From NCBI GenBank assembly GCA_965209155.1, contig OZ242383.1:1056001-1120000 (forward strand): DNA of 64,000 nt. The letters are read 5' to 3'. This DNA comes from a bacterium. Its GTDB lineage: Bacteria > SAR324 > NAC60-12. A model generated the notes under the pieces. It was not told the origin of the DNA, searched no databases, and saw nothing but the letters and a program-made list of their open reading frames with translations. Both the position numbers and the translations under genes were made by a program. The stretch's first letter is position 1. Every line of letters begins with the position of its first letter. This document shows positions 1 to 10,998 of the stretch, piece after piece.

Positions 1-1269
1 ATTACGATTCAACAGGAAATTCTCAATTTGGTTGACCGTGTCTAGAGCGACCCCTACAACAATCAGCAAGGCGGTACCGCCGAAATTAAAAGGGATTCCC
101 ATATTGAGCAACAGAATGCTTGGCAAAACGCAAATCGCAGTAAGGTATAAACCTCCGCCAAAGGTCAGACGTGTTAAGACGGCATTGATATATTCCGCTG
201 TTTTCTTGCCAGGACGGATTCCTGGAATGTAACCCCCATAACGTTTCATTTCATCTGCAATTTTTACTGGATTGTATTGAATCGCCGTATAAAAAAAGCA
301 GAAAAAGAAAATCATGATTCCAAACAAAAAGGAATAGAATAAGCGCCCGGGGATCAGTTGATTACCAATCGCTTGCACCCAGGGAATGGCGATGAAACCA
401 GTGATGGTTGCCGGAAAAGCCAATATCGAGGAAGCAAATATAGGAGGTATTACGCCTGCAGAATTTATCTTCAGAGGAAGATTGGAAGACTGCCCACCGT
501 ACATTTTGTTTCCCTGAACTTGTTTGGCATATTGGACCGGAATTCGACGATAGGCGGTTTCCATGAAAATGACGCAAAACAGGACAACAATCATCAAAAC
601 CACAATGAGAGCCAACACTAATTCAGACAACTGTCCGCTTTGGATCAATTGTATCGAATTGATTACCGCCCCAGGCATGTCGACGATTATACCGGCAAAG
701 ATCAACAAGGAGATTCCGTTCCCGATACCTCTTTCATTGATCTGCTCCCCCATCCACATTAAAAACGTGGTGCCGGCGGTCAAGGTCAATACGGTCAATG
801 CTCGAAATCCCCAGACATTCATAGTCGAAATAACGACCGGTGAGCCATCGGGAGCTGCCATGCTCTGAATGCCCACTGCAATTCCAAAAGACTGAATCAC
901 GCTCAAAACAATCGTGCCGTAACGGGTATAGGTCGTAATTTTTTTGCGACCCGCTTCTCCTTCTTTTGAGAGTCGTTCTAAATATGGAAAAACGACGGTG
1001 AGCAATTGAATGATGATGGAAGCACTGATATATGGCATCACCCCGAGGGCAAAGATCGTCAAACGTCCCAACGCTCCCCCTGTGAACATGTCGAAAAAAC
1101 CCAGTATCGAACCAGCTTGAGCATCGAAAAATTTGCTGAGTGCTTCACCATCGATTCCCGGAGTGGGAATATGGGCGCCGATTCGAAAAATGATCAACAT
1201 CATGATCGTAAACAAGATCCTCTCTCTGAGTTCTTCTATCCTGAATATATTTTGAATGATCGACCACAT
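1..1269 (-). CDS. secY: Preprotein translocase subunit SecY (3' end runs off window)
   Basis: Manual translation from ATG at 1269: MWSIIQNIFRIEELRERILFT..., with GIGNGISLLIFAGI and FGGTALLIVVGVALD motifs; follows rplO. Confidence 0.97.
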   Translation of the reverse strand, partial: MWSIIQNIFRIEELRERILFTIMMLIIFRIGAHIPTPGIDGEALSKFFDAQAGSILGFFDMFTGGALGRLTIFALGVMPYISASIIIQLLTVVFPYLERLSKEGEAGRKKITTYTRYGTIVLSVIQSFGIAVGIQSMAAPDGSPVVISTMNVWGFRALTVLTLTAGTTFLMWMGEQINERGIGNGISLLIFAGIIVDMPGAVINSIQLIQSGQLSELVLALIVVLMIVVLFCVIFMETAYRRIPVQYAKQVQGNKMYGGQSSNLPLKINSAGVIPPIFASSILAFPATITGFIAIPWVQAIGNQLIPGRLFYSFLFGIMIFFFCFFYTAIQYNPVKIADEMKRYGGYIPGIRPGKKTAEYINAVLTRLTFGGGLYLTAICVLPSILLLNMGIPFNFGGTALLIVVGVALDTVNQIENFLLNRN

Positions 1270-1274
1270 AACTC

Positions 1275-1730
1275 TTATTTACTCGGCAAGACTACTTCTC
1301 CACCCACGGCTCTCACTTTTTCCACCGCAGTTCGACTGGCTTTATCCACTTCGATTTTCACTGCTTTTGAAAGTTTGCCCTTCGCTAATAATTTGACAGG
1401 ACGATTCGAAGTGCGAATGATATTTTTTGATCTCAACATTTCTTTTGTTACCACGTCTCCAGCATCCAAAAGGTCTGTTTTTTCCAACGATTCGAGATTT
1501 ACCACCAAGTATTCGGTTCTGAATATATTCGTGAACCCAAACTTGGGCAATCGACGATGTAATGGCATTTGCCCGCCTTCAAACCCATGGCGTTTCTTGG
1601 AACCTGAACGGGATTTGTAACCTTTTTGTCCTCGACCACAAGTCTTACCCTGTCCACTACCCGGCCCCCGGCCTACCCGCCTCCGTCGTTTTGTTGCGCC
1701 ATCTCGTTTTTGCAAATTAGAAAGTCTCAT
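1275..1730 (-). CDS. rplO: 50S ribosomal protein L15
   Basis: GRGPGSGQGKTCGRGQKG, GFEGGQMPL motifs. Confidence 0.98.
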   Translation of the reverse strand: MRLSNLQKRDGATKRRRRVGRGPGSGQGKTCGRGQKGYKSRSGSKKRHGFEGGQMPLHRRLPKFGFTNIFRTEYLVVNLESLEKTDLLDAGDVVTKEMLRSKNIIRTSNRPVKLLAKGKLSKAVKIEVDKASRTAVEKVRAVGGEVVLPSK

Positions 1731-1756
1731 GGCATGAATCTTCGCAATACTGTAAA

Positions 1757-1936
1757 TTAAACTTCTTCAATGACCACCAAGTGCTGTACCTTACGGACCA
1801 TTCCCCGGATGCATGCGGTATTTTCATGAATCCGTTCCTGGTTGATCCGTCCCAATCCCAATCCCTTCAGATTGGCTTTATGCTGATTTTTCTGTTTCAT
1901 GGCACTGCGAATTTGCCTGACTTTGATTTTGGACAT
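1757..1936 (-). CDS. rpmD: 50S ribosomal protein L30 (59 aa, absent from ORF track)
   Basis: Manual translation MSKIKVRQIRSAMKQKNQHKANLKGLGLGRINQERIHENTACIRGMVRKVQHLVVIEEV; lies between rpsE and rplO. Confidence 0.95.
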   Translation of the reverse strand: MSKIKVRQIRSAMKQKNQHKANLKGLGLGRINQERIHENTACIRGMVRKVQHLVVIEEV

Positions 1937-1951
1937 TAACAGTTCTGAATT

Positions 1952-2452
1952 TTAAGATGACAATTGGTCTCCGGATGTATTGCGCCGTTTTGCGATTTCC
2001 TCAAAGGATTGCAAGCTTACTAAAGCGTTGAAAGTTGCACGGACCAGATTGTGTGGATTTCGTGATCCTAAGCATTTAACGCTGATATCGTGAATGCCAA
2101 CTGCTTCCAGAATGGATCGAACTGGTCCGGCAGCAATAACACCATGCCCTTTTTTAGCAGGTCGCATGAATACCTTCCCTGCCCCAAATTGTCCAATCAC
2201 TCCATGAGGAATCGTTGTTCCCGTGAAGGAAATTGGAGCCATGGCTTTAGTAGCCTGACTTATGCTTTTTCGAATGGCTTCCGTCACTTCTCCTGCTTTA
2301 CCCATTCCAAATCCGACCCGGCCATTTCCATCTCCGACAACCACCAAAGCACTGAAGCTGAATCGTCGACCACCTTTCACCACTTTGGCAACCCGATTAA
2401 CCCGGATGACCTTTTCGATGAATTCGCTTTTTTCTGCTGCCTTTTCTGCCAA
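1952..2452 (-). CDS. rpsE: 30S ribosomal protein S5
   Basis: NRVAKVVKGGRRFSFSALVVVGDG. Confidence 0.98.
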   Translation of the reverse strand: MAEKAAEKSEFIEKVIRVNRVAKVVKGGRRFSFSALVVVGDGNGRVGFGMGKAGEVTEAIRKSISQATKAMAPISFTGTTIPHGVIGQFGAGKVFMRPAKKGHGVIAAGPVRSILEAVGIHDISVKCLGSRNPHNLVRATFNALVSLQSFEEIAKRRNTSGDQLSS

Positions 2453-2481
2453 AAGAGCTCCTTTTCGTATGCTGATTGAAT

Positions 2482-2853
2482 TCAGAATTTCAAACCACCT
2501 TCGCGTGCTCCTTCCGCAAGGGCTTTGACACGACCATGATAAAGAAATCCACCCCGATCAAAAACGACCAGGGAAATTGATTTTTGCAGGAGTCGTTCAG
2601 CAATTTTCTTTCCAACAAGGCTGGCGGCCTCTTTATTTCCGCTATATCCTTGGATGGAATTTTTCATTTCCTTTTCTGTCGTTCCCGCCGAAGCCAACGT
2701 TGTCTGGGTTTGGTCATCAATCGCTTGAGCATAAATATGTCGAGATGAACGAAATACTGCCAGACGGGGACGCTCACTCGTACCGGAGATTTTTCGTCGA
2801 ACCCTGCTTTGACGTTGTTTGCGGGCAATCAATCGCTGCGCTGTTTTCTTCAT
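2482..2853 (-). CDS. rplR: 50S ribosomal protein L18
   Basis: [25 protein letters not shown]. Confidence 0.98.
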   Translation of the reverse strand: MKKTAQRLIARKQRQSRVRRKISGTSERPRLAVFRSSRHIYAQAIDDQTQTTLASAGTTEKEMKNSIQGYSGNKEAASLVGKKIAERLLQKSISLVVFDRGGFLYHGRVKALAEGAREGGLKF

Positions 2854-2889
2854 GAAAGTCTTTTTACTTTCCTCATCGTGAATGCTGTT

Positions 2890-3432
2890 TTAAACTTTAG
2901 CTGATTTTCCTGCCTTTCTGCGGATATATTCCCCTTCAAATAAAATGCCTTTTCCCTTATAAGGTTCGGGGGAACGAAACACTCGGATGTTTGCCGCAAC
3001 CTGTCCCACCAATTGTTTGTCGCAACTTTCCAGTATAATCCTGTTATTTGCTTCAACTGTAGCTTTGACTCCCTCAGGCAAAGTAAAGTGGATGGGGTGC
3101 GAATAACCCAAATTCAATTCGAGTCGATTTGCAGAAACAGAAGCACGATAGCCTACTCCAACTAAATTCAATTGTTTTTGAAATCCCTGGGTCACGCCCG
3201 TGACCATATTTTTAATCAGGGATTGAGTGGTTCCCATCAACGCTTTTGCCTTTTTGTCATTTTCGTAGTCGGACAGTACGATTAACGTCTGATCCTGAAT
3301 ATCCAATTCAACGAGCTCCGGGACCACGAAATGCAGGGTCCCCTTGGGACCTTTGACAACAAGCTTCCTGTTTTCATAGGAAAGGGTGATATTGCTTGCA
3401 ATGGCTATTGGGCGTTTGCCTATTCTGGACAT
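2890..3432 (-). CDS. rplF: 50S ribosomal protein L6
   Basis: MSRIGKRPI, PEPYKGKGI. Confidence 0.98.
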   Translation of the reverse strand: MSRIGKRPIAIASNITLSYENRKLVVKGPKGTLHFVVPELVELDIQDQTLIVLSDYENDKKAKALMGTTQSLIKNMVTGVTQGFQKQLNLVGVGYRASVSANRLELNLGYSHPIHFTLPEGVKATVEANNRIILESCDKQLVGQVAANIRVFRSPEPYKGKGILFEGEYIRRKAGKSAKV

Positions 3433-3465
3433 CTTTTTAAATCTGCGTAATTCGATCTTTTCAAT

Positions 3466-3864
3466 TTACCAAACATGACAAAGTATCTCTCCTCCGGTAT
3501 TTTTTTCACGACACTCTTTGTCAGATAACACTCCTCTGGAAGTGGTTAAGATAGCAATCCCTTGACCTCCTAAAACGGGTTTAATATCAGCAACTTTCAA
3601 ATGGACTCGGCGTCCGGGTTTGCTGATACGCCGGATGGTTCGGATTGTGCATTCACCCGATTCAGTGTATTTCAAATGAACCACTATTTGTGATTGCGCC
3701 TGCTCTTCTTTGATCTCCCATTTTTCAATAAAGCCCTCTTTTTCAAGCACTTCCACGATTTGTCGTTTGATTATTGAATGAGGGATGCGAACAGAAGGAT
3801 ATTGTCTCATTGTCGCATTGCGTATACGAGTACACAAATCTGCTATCGGATCGGAGATAAACAT
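3466..3864 (-). CDS. rpsH: 30S ribosomal protein S8
   Basis: DPIADLCTRIRNA, ISKPGRRV, GGEILC. Confidence 0.98.
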   Translation of the reverse strand: MFISDPIADLCTRIRNATMRQYPSVRIPHSIIKRQIVEVLEKEGFIEKWEIKEEQAQSQIVVHLKYTESGECTIRTIRRISKPGRRVHLKVADIKPVLGGQGIAILTTSRGVLSDKECREKNTGGEILCHVW

Positions 3865-3890
3865 GAGTTTTTCTCAATGAAGACGAATAA

Positions 3891-4076
3891 CTACCAACTT
3901 GATTTGGTTACACCGGGAATCAATCCAAAACCTGCTTTGTCCCGGAAACAAAGGCGACACATACCAAATTTCCGGAGATATCCGCGTGAGCGACCACAAA
4001 AGGAACAACGGTTATATCCCCGTACTTTGAATTTTTGTCTTCTTGATGCTTTGTGGATGAGTGATAGTTTTGCCAT
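3891..4076 (-). CDS. rpsN: 30S ribosomal protein S14, zinc-binding type
   Basis: 61 aa, [10 protein letters not shown]...[16 protein letters not shown]. Confidence 0.97.
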   Translation of the reverse strand: MAKLSLIHKASRRQKFKVRGYNRCSFCGRSRGYLRKFGMCRLCFRDKAGFGLIPGVTKSSW

Positions 4077-4092
4077 ATTTGCCCACAATGGA

Positions 4093-4632
4093 TTAATTAC
4101 GAAAAGGAAATCCTAAACCTTCCAACAAAGCTCGTGCTTCTTCATTTTTGGAAGTCGAAGTGACAATCGTGATATTCATTCCGCGTACTTTGTCAATTTT
4201 GTCATAATTGATTTCAGGAAATATCAGTTGTTCCCGAACGCCAAGCGTGTAGTTCCCCGCACCATCGAATGCTCTTGGAGACAGTCCACGAAAATCACGA
4301 ACACGTGGAAGGGCTACTGTCAATAAGCGGTCTAAAAAATCCCACATGCGTATTGAACGCAAAGAAACCATGCAACCAATCTGCACCCCTTCTCTCAATT
4401 TGAAACTCGCAACAGACTTTTTTGCACGAGTCACCACGGCCTTTTGACCAGCAATCAGACTCAATTGATCCACAGCTGCCTCTATAATCTTGGGATTTTG
4501 GATCGCTTCCCCCAATCCCATATTGAGGACTACTTTTTTGATAGTTGGAACTTGATGTACGTTTTTAAGAGCAAACTGTGATTTTAAATTGGGAACCAAC
4601 GTTTCTTTATATTTTGTAAATAGCTGACTCAC
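4093..4632 (-). CDS. rplE: 50S ribosomal protein L5
   Basis: [29 protein letters not shown] start at 4632 assumed. Confidence 0.97.
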   Translation of the reverse strand: MSQLFTKYKETLVPNLKSQFALKNVHQVPTIKKVVLNMGLGEAIQNPKIIEAAVDQLSLIAGQKAVVTRAKKSVASFKLREGVQIGCMVSLRSIRMWDFLDRLLTVALPRVRDFRGLSPRAFDGAGNYTLGVREQLIFPEINYDKIDKVRGMNITIVTSTSKNEEARALLEGLGFPFRN

Positions 4633-4640
4633 AACCCATC

Positions 4641-4973
4641 TCACTCAATAATGTTGGAACATTTGATACAGAGGCGCTTCTTTACTTTCGGAGTGGTTCG
4701 ATCCATCCTGACTCGAACTCCTCTTTCACACACATTGCAATACAATAAAACATTTGAATAGTGAACCGGTGCCTCCGAGACTGAAATCTGTCCCTGCTGA
4801 TTTTGTTGATTGGGTTTATTGTGGTGATGAACTTTATTGGCTCCTTCTACCAAAATTCGAGAACCCCTCCAATCGACTTTCAGAACTTTTCCTTGATAAT
4901 CTTTATCTTTACCGGAAATTACCTGGACGGTGTCTCCCACACGAATCGCTCCACGGTTTGTTTTTTTTTTCAT
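4641..4973 (-). CDS. rplX: 50S ribosomal protein L24
   Basis: [15 protein letters not shown] motif, EAPVHYSNV; two CxxC pairs at C-terminus. Confidence 0.96.
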   Translation of the reverse strand: MKKKTNRGAIRVGDTVQVISGKDKDYQGKVLKVDWRGSRILVEGANKVHHHNKPNQQNQQGQISVSEAPVHYSNVLLYCNVCERGVRVRMDRTTPKVKKRLCIKCSNIIE

Positions 4974-5000
4974 GGCACGGATGCTCTCTGAATTGATGCG

Positions 5001-5369
5001 TTATAAAACCTCAGGTGCCAGAGAAACAATTTTCATGAACTTTCCAATTCTCAATTCACGGGCCACTGGACCAAAAATACGGGAACCCACCGGCTCCCTT
5101 TTATTGTCCACAATCACGGCTGCGTTTTTGTCAAACTTGATATACGTACCATCAGTGCGGCGAATTTCTTTATTGGTCCTCACTATCACCGCTCTGACGA
5201 TTTCTCCCGATTTGACACGTGAATTGGGCAAAGCAGCTTTTACGGAGGCAACGACAATATCCCCCACACCGGCGTAGCGCCTCTTCGTTCCACCCAACAC
5301 TTTAATGCACATCAATCGTTTCGCACCAGAATTATCCGCTACTTCGAGTATACTTTGCATTTGGATCAT
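5001..5369 (-). CDS. rplN: 50S ribosomal protein L14
   Basis: [26 protein letters not shown]. Confidence 0.98.
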   Translation of the reverse strand: MIQMQSILEVADNSGAKRLMCIKVLGGTKRRYAGVGDIVVASVKAALPNSRVKSGEIVRAVIVRTNKEIRRTDGTYIKFDKNAAVIVDNKREPVGSRIFGPVARELRIGKFMKIVSLAPEVL

Positions 5370-5400
5370 GGTTTCTCCTTGAACTCATCCCTTGCGGAAT

Positions 5401-5655
5401 CTATGCGGATTTCAAAACTTCCGCAACTCGCCAGGTTTTCCGGGCGCTGATTGGTTTGCATTCAATGATCTGCACGACATCTCCTATCTTACAAGCGTTG
5501 TGCTCATCGTGCGCCATATATTTCTTGGACCGTTTCACTATTTTTTTATACAAAGGATGTTTGACGGTCCTGTCGACGCGCACTACGACTGATTTTTCCA
5601 TTTGATCACTGATGACAATTCCTGTTCGTGCTTTTTTGTTTTTCCTGTTCATCAA
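5401..5655 (-). CDS. rpsQ: 30S ribosomal protein S17
   Basis: [32 protein letters not shown]. Confidence 0.97.
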   Translation of the reverse strand: MMNRKNKKARTGIVISDQMEKSVVVRVDRTVKHPLYKKIVKRSKKYMAHDEHNACKIGDVVQIIECKPISARKTWRVAEVLKSA

Positions 5656-5714
5656 AACTTCTTTGATCTGCTATGACAAAAGAGACCTGTATCTTGTTTT
5701 TGCTGCTGTTATGC

Positions 5715-5900
5715 TCATTTCTTTTCATTGATGATTGTCTTCACACGGGCAATGTCGCGTCTTCCTTGACGCAATAACCTCACATTGGGAAGCTGAGCAA
5801 TGACTTGATTGCAACGACGACGGAGTTGCTCTTCTTGTATCTCGAGCAGCTTATTTTCCAATTCATCCACAGACATCGCCCGTAATTCCGCCACTTTCAT
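5715..5900 (-). CDS. rpmC: 50S ribosomal protein L29
   Basis: MKVAELR...RRDIARVKT; position between rplP and rpsQ. Confidence 0.95.
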   Translation of the reverse strand: MKVAELRAMSVDELENKLLEIQEEQLRRRCNQVIAQLPNVRLLRQGRRDIARVKTIINEKK

Positions 5901-6313
5901 GCAATCAATCCTCGTTTCGTAATTTGAGTTTGTACCGAGAGCTTGAATCCTGCCGAACGCAAGGCGTCTTCTGCAACCTCCGGTTCAATTCCGTCGACCT
6001 CGTATAATATGCGTCCGGGTTTGATTACGGAGACCCACGCTTCTACAGCCCCCTTTCCTTTTCCCATTCGTGTTTCTGCAGGTCGATTTGTAATCGGTTT
6101 GTCCGGAAAAATTCGGATCCAAATCTTTCCTCCACGCTTCAGCTTCCTGGTTATGCTTCGACGAGCCGCCTCGATCTGACGTGACGTGATATATCCGCAG
6201 CTCGTGGCTTGTAAGCCGAGTGATCCGAACTGTACTTCATTGCCAGAATTGGCAGCGCCAGCCATCCTGCCTCGCATTTTTTTTCGAAACTTCGTTTTTT
6301 TGGGCATCAACAT
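5897..6313 (-). CDS. rplP: 50S ribosomal protein L16
   Basis: QIEAARR, RIFPDKP, RMGKGKG. Confidence 0.98.
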   Translation of the reverse strand: MLMPKKTKFRKKMRGRMAGAANSGNEVQFGSLGLQATSCGYITSRQIEAARRSITRKLKRGGKIWIRIFPDKPITNRPAETRMGKGKGAVEAWVSVIKPGRILYEVDGIEPEVAEDALRSAGFKLSVQTQITKRGLIA

Positions 6314-6315
6314 AA

Positions 6316-6978
6316 TTATCTTTCCTTTCGTCTGGGACGCCGGCTTCGCTGTTTTTCAAAATTCTCGCCACGGCATACCCAGACTTTTATGCCAATCAAA
6401 CCGTAATTTGTCAGTGCTTCGGTAAATCCGTAATCGATTTCCGCCCGCAAAGTATGGAGCCGAACCCGTCCTTCTCGGACCCATTCGCTTCTCGCCATTT
6501 CCGCGCCATTGAGACGACCTGCCACCATAATCTTGCATCCTTCGATGTCCATACGCATAGCCGAGGTCATTGTTCGTTTAACTGCCCTGCGATAGGCCAC
6601 CCGGCGCTCTAATTGCATGGCCACATTTTCCGCAATCAATTGAGCGTCTATTTCGGGTCGTTTCACTTCTTTGATGTTGACGACGATATCTCGTTTCGTT
6701 AAGCGAGTAAGTGACTTTTTGAGCTTCTCGACTTCATCACCTTTACGACCTATTATGATACCAGGTCTTGCTGAAAATACGTTGACTTTCGTTTTACGCG
6801 AAGCACGTTCTATTTCTATTTTCGAAATCGCCGCGTGCTTGAGTTGTTTCTTAACAAATTTCTGAATATTTATATCTTCCTTCAATTGCTCCACATATTT
6901 TTTCTCTGCATACCACTTGGAATTCCAGGTATGCGTTATGCCGAGCCTCAACCCAATGGGATTAACTTTTTGACCCAC
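6316..6978 (-). CDS. rpsC: 30S ribosomal protein S3
   Basis: [23 protein letters not shown]. Confidence 0.98.
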   Translation of the reverse strand: MGQKVNPIGLRLGITHTWNSKWYAEKKYVEQLKEDINIQKFVKKQLKHAAISKIEIERASRKTKVNVFSARPGIIIGRKGDEVEKLKKSLTRLTKRDIVVNIKEVKRPEIDAQLIAENVAMQLERRVAYRRAVKRTMTSAMRMDIEGCKIMVAGRLNGAEMARSEWVREGRVRLHTLRAEIDYGFTEALTNYGLIGIKVWVCRGENFEKQRSRRPRRKER

Positions 6979-6997
6979 AATGCCTTTTTACTGAAAA

Positions 6998-7336
6998 TTA
7001 AATCGTATCCCCGACAACCAGGGTGATATGACAGGTACGTTTGTTGATTCGGGCACCGCGTCCCATTGCCCGTGCTCTGAAACGTTTCTGAGTCGGTCCT
7101 TCATTCGCATACGTTGCTGTAATAATCAAGTTGTCTACATCCACATGCGGATGCAATTCATCGGCATTTGCAATTGCCGATTTGAGTAATGTTTTTACGA
7201 CAGGCGCAGCCTTTCGATGAGTCGCATCAAGAAAAGCCAAGGCTTGGACCACATCTTTTCCTCGGATCAAATCCAAGACCAAACGCACTTTTCGAGGAGC
7301 AATGCGAACGTTTCTGGCTAGTGCTCTTGCTTCCAC
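6998..7336 (-). CDS. rplV: 50S ribosomal protein L22
   Basis: [20 protein letters not shown]. Confidence 0.98.
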   Translation of the reverse strand: MEARALARNVRIAPRKVRLVLDLIRGKDVVQALAFLDATHRKAAPVVKTLLKSAIANADELHPHVDVDNLIITATYANEGPTQKRFRARAMGRGARINKRTCHITLVVGDTI

Positions 7337-7350
7337 GATGTATCTCTCAA

Positions 7351-7629
7351 TTATCTTGTCCGCTTATCGGTTTTGCTGGTATGTCCTCGATACATTCGAG
7401 TAGGCGCAAATTCACCGAGTTTGTAACCTACCATCTCTTCGGTTATGAAAATAGGAATAAATTGCTTACCGTTGTGCACAGCAATATTGAGACCGATAAA
7501 ATCGGGAGTGATCATGGATCGACGTGACCATGTTCTGATCAATTTACGATCTTGCTTTTCCTGGGCGGAAGTGACCTTTTTTTCCAGGTGCTTGTCAACG
7601 AAGGGTTCTTTTTTCAAAGATCGAGGCAT
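7351..7629 (-). CDS. rpsS: 30S ribosomal protein S19
   Basis: [24 protein letters not shown]. Confidence 0.98.
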   Translation of the reverse strand: MPRSLKKEPFVDKHLEKKVTSAQEKQDRKLIRTWSRRSMITPDFIGLNIAVHNGKQFIPIFITEEMVGYKLGEFAPTRMYRGHTSKTDKRTR

Positions 7630-7638
7630 AAACATTCC

Positions 7639-8463
7639 TTATGCATTCCGTCTCCGGATAATATATTTGTCAGTGGCCTTATTATTACGTGTTCTGTATC
7701 CCTTCGTCGGCGTTCCCCAGGGGCTCACGGGATGGCGTCCTCCTGACGTGCGGCCTTCTCCACCCCCATGTGGATGATCAACAGGATTCATAACCACTCC
7801 TCGTACTGTGGGACGAATTCCCATCCATCGTCGCCTACCTGCTTTTCCTTGTTTCATATTCATACATTCAGCATTACCTACGGTGCCGATTGTTGCCAGA
7901 CATTCGGCGCGCACTATTCGAATTTCTCCCGAGCGTAATTTCAACTGAACGTAATCGATTTCTTTTCCCATCAATTGGACAGAGGTTCCAGCGCTTCTTG
8001 CCAATTGAGCACCTTTCTGAGGTCGGAGTTCCACGCAATGGAGCACAGTGCCCAAAGGGATATTTTTTAACGGCAAAGTATTTCCTACACGGATTTCCGC
8101 TTGAGCGCTGGCTATGATCATGTCACCGACTTTCAAGCCCTCGGGATTGATGATGTATCTTTTTTCCCCGTCTATATATCTCACTAGTGAAATCCTCGCG
8201 TTGCGGTTGGGATCATATTCGACAGAGAGCACTTTCGCGGGGATATCAAACTTGTTACGCTTGAAATCTATGATTCGGTATCGACGCTTGTGGCCCCCTC
8301 CGCGATGACGAACTGTGATCCGCCCATGGTTGTTTCGCCCTCCCTTCTTTTTGAGAGAAGTCAACAATGTTTTTTCCGGAGTCGTTCTCGTAATTTCTTC
8401 AAACCCAAACCCACTCATCCCTCGTCTGCCCGGTGAAGTTGGTTTGTACTTTTTTATCGTCAT
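7639..8463 (-). CDS. rplB: 50S ribosomal protein L2
   Basis: [21 protein letters not shown]. Confidence 0.99.
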   Translation of the reverse strand: MTIKKYKPTSPGRRGMSGFGFEEITRTTPEKTLLTSLKKKGGRNNHGRITVRHRGGGHKRRYRIIDFKRNKFDIPAKVLSVEYDPNRNARISLVRYIDGEKRYIINPEGLKVGDMIIASAQAEIRVGNTLPLKNIPLGTVLHCVELRPQKGAQLARSAGTSVQLMGKEIDYVQLKLRSGEIRIVRAECLATIGTVGNAECMNMKQGKAGRRRWMGIRPTVRGVVMNPVDHPHGGGEGRTSGGRHPVSPWGTPTKGYRTRNNKATDKYIIRRRNA

Positions 8464-8482
8464 AATTCCTTACTGCTCAGAA

Positions 8483-8770
8483 TCACGCACCTTCAAAATA
8501 TTCAATTTTATCACCCTCCTTCAAGGTTACGATTGCCTTTTTCCAGTCGGATTTTTTTCCCAGGTAACGTCCCAACTTTTTCGGTTTCCCTTTGATATTG
8601 ATCGTACGGACATGAAGCACTTTCACGTTGAAAGCTTTTTCGATACTTTCTTTGATTTGCAATTTGTTGGCGTCTTTTTGTACCTGAAAAATGACTTGAT
8701 TTGAAAACTCATGATGCCAGGTCGTTTTTTCCGTCAGCAGAGGACGTTTTATAACGTTATAGAGATTCAT
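8483..8770 (-). CDS. rplW: 50S ribosomal protein L23
   Basis: PLLTEK, WKKAIVTL. Confidence 0.97.
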   Translation of the reverse strand: MNLYNVIKRPLLTEKTTWHHEFSNQVIFQVQKDANKLQIKESIEKAFNVKVLHVRTINIKGKPKKLGRYLGKKSDWKKAIVTLKEGDKIEYFEGA

Positions 8771-9390
8771 GATAGCATCCTTTGCTCAACGGCAGAGAGC
8801 GCATTTTTGACAAATATCACTTTTTCATAGCGCAACAATTTGTATACATTCAATGTATGATAATTGATGACTTGAACCTTGGGAAGATTACGGGCAGCCA
8901 ATTGCAAATTTCGAGGAAGTTCGTCGACAACTATCAGAACTTGTGGACATTCCAGGTTGGCAAGAATGGCTTGGAACATTTTGGTTTTATGGTCTTCCAA
9001 TTGTAAATGATCCAGGATAACAATCTGATTATTGCGGACTTTCTCCGCAAAAGCGGAACACAAGGCCTGTTTGCGTACTTTTTTATTGATCGATTTTGCA
9101 TGGCTCCTCGGACGGGGACCGAAGACCACGCCACCTTGACGCCAGATAGGGGATTTAGTGCTACCCACTCGCGCACGTCCCGTTCCTTTTTGTTTCCAAT
9201 TCTTCCTGGTACTACCGGAAACCTCGGAGCGTGCTTTGGTTGCATGCGTGCCTCGACGCAGACCAGAAAGGTAGTGAACCACCGTCTCTTGGATCAGGTG
9301 AGGTTTATAAGGCGTTTCCAACAATTGATCGCTGAATTCAATATCCCCGGCAGCCGTTTTGTCAAAATGGATTATGGGAAACTTGGCCAT
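8767..9390 (-). CDS. rplD: 50S ribosomal protein L4
   Basis: KQKGTGRARVG, GGVVFGPRPR. Confidence 0.98.
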   Translation of the reverse strand: MAKFPIIHFDKTAAGDIEFSDQLLETPYKPHLIQETVVHYLSGLRRGTHATKARSEVSGSTRKNWKQKGTGRARVGSTKSPIWRQGGVVFGPRPRSHAKSINKKVRKQALCSAFAEKVRNNQIVILDHLQLEDHKTKMFQAILANLECPQVLIVVDELPRNLQLAARNLPKVQVINYHTLNVYKLLRYEKVIFVKNALSAVEQRMLS

Positions 9391-9434
9391 TGTGATTCTT
9401 CAAATTTATGTAATCCCCAATCGTGCGCCATGCG

Positions 9435-9743
9435 TCACTCCTGCTTGATCGCAATATCCACCCCTGCGGAAATATCGAGCTTCATCAGCGCATCCATTGT
9501 CTGAGGAGTGGTATCAAGGATATAAAGCAGGCGCTTATGAGTCCTCATTTCAAATTGTTCTCGAGACTTTTTATCGACATGAGGAGATCGTAAAACGGTA
9601 TATTTGTTGATACGAGTAGGCAGTGGGATCGGTCCAACAATCTGCGCCCCTGTTCTTCTTACCGTATGGGCGATTTCACCGACAGTTTGATCCAACAATT
9701 TATCGTCATATGCTTTAAACCTGACTTTTATTTTATGCTCCAT
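9435..9743 (-). CDS. rpsJ: 30S ribosomal protein S10
   Basis: [27 protein letters not shown]. Confidence 0.98.
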   Translation of the reverse strand: MEHKIKVRFKAYDDKLLDQTVGEIAHTVRRTGAQIVGPIPLPTRINKYTVLRSPHVDKKSREQFEMRTHKRLLYILDTTPQTMDALMKLDISAGVDIAIKQE

Positions 9744-9760
9744 TCTGTCTCTTAACGATC

Positions 9761-10960
9761 CTATGCGATAATTTCCGTGACAACACCGGAACCGATCGTT
9801 CGTCCTCCTTCACGGATTGCGAAACGGAGTTCCCTCTCCATGGCAATGGGTGTGATCAATTCCACGGTGATTTCCACGTTGTCTCCTGGCATAACCATTT
9901 CAATATTTTCCGGAAGATGAATCATTCCGGTGACGTCTGTGGTGCGGAAATAAAATTGCGGGCGGTAGTTAGTGAAAAACGGAGTATGGCGACCTCCCTC
10001 ATCCTTTGTGAGCACATAAACCTGCCCTTTAAACTTGGTATGAGGGGTAATGCTTCCAGGCTTGCAGATTACCTGACCGCGTTCCACTTCTTCACGTTTG
10101 AGTCCTCGAACCAGCAGTCCGACGTTGTCCCCGGCTTGTCCTTCATTCAGGGTCTTGCGGAACATCTCAACTCCGGTGACGACCGTTTTTTGGGTATCTC
10201 GAATGCCACAAATTTCCACTTCCTCGCCAATTTTTACGATTCCTCTTTCGATGCGACCGGTGGCCACGGTTCCTCGACCAGAAATCGTGAAAACATCCTC
10301 AACGGACATCAAAAAGTCTTTATCCAAATCTCGCATAGGTTCGGGGATGTATTTATCAACTGCATCCATCAATTCCAGGATAGATTGAAAATCTTCCCCC
10401 GTGGGGTCCGTTTTGTCCGATTCCAGTGCGAGCAACGCCGATCCCTTGATCACCGGAATATCATCTCCGGGAAATTCGTAAGAACTCAATAGTTCTCGAA
10501 CTTCCAGCTCAACCAATTCCAACAGTTCTTCGTCGTCCACTTGATCGACTTTGTTCAAATAAACGACCAGGTAAGGAACATTCACCTGTCTGGCCAGGAG
10601 GATATGTTCTCGGGTTTGGGGCATTGGCCCATCAGCAGCAGACACGACTATAATGGCGCCATCCATTTGAGCAGCGCCTGTAATCATGTTTTTAACGTAA
10701 TCCGCGTGTCCTGGACAATCCACGTGAGCATAATGCCGATTCTCTGTTTCATATTCTATATGAGCAGTGGCAATCGTTATCCCTCGTGCCCGTTCCTCCG
10801 GAGCCGCATCAATTTCACCGAATTCCTTGACCTGCGCCATACCCTTCATATTCAATACTTTCGTAATTGCGGCGGTCAATGTGGTTTTTCCGTGATCGAC
10901 GTGTCCAATCGTCCCAATATTCACATGAGGTTTGGATCGATTAAATTGTTCTTTTGCCAT
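9761..10960 (-). CDS. tuf: Elongation factor Tu
   Basis: [29 protein letters not shown]. Confidence 0.99.
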   Translation of the reverse strand: MAKEQFNRSKPHVNIGTIGHVDHGKTTLTAAITKVLNMKGMAQVKEFGEIDAAPEERARGITIATAHIEYETENRHYAHVDCPGHADYVKNMITGAAQMDGAIIVVSAADGPMPQTREHILLARQVNVPYLVVYLNKVDQVDDEELLELVELEVRELLSSYEFPGDDIPVIKGSALLALESDKTDPTGEDFQSILELMDAVDKYIPEPMRDLDKDFLMSVEDVFTISGRGTVATGRIERGIVKIGEEVEICGIRDTQKTVVTGVEMFRKTLNEGQAGDNVGLLVRGLKREEVERGQVICKPGSITPHTKFKGQVYVLTKDEGGRHTPFFTNYRPQFYFRTTDVTGMIHLPENIEMVMPGDNVEITVELITPIAMERELRFAIREGGRTIGSGVVTEIIA

Positions 10961-10998
10961 GTTTTTCTCCTAAAATTAACAAGCCCTTGAGATTCCCT

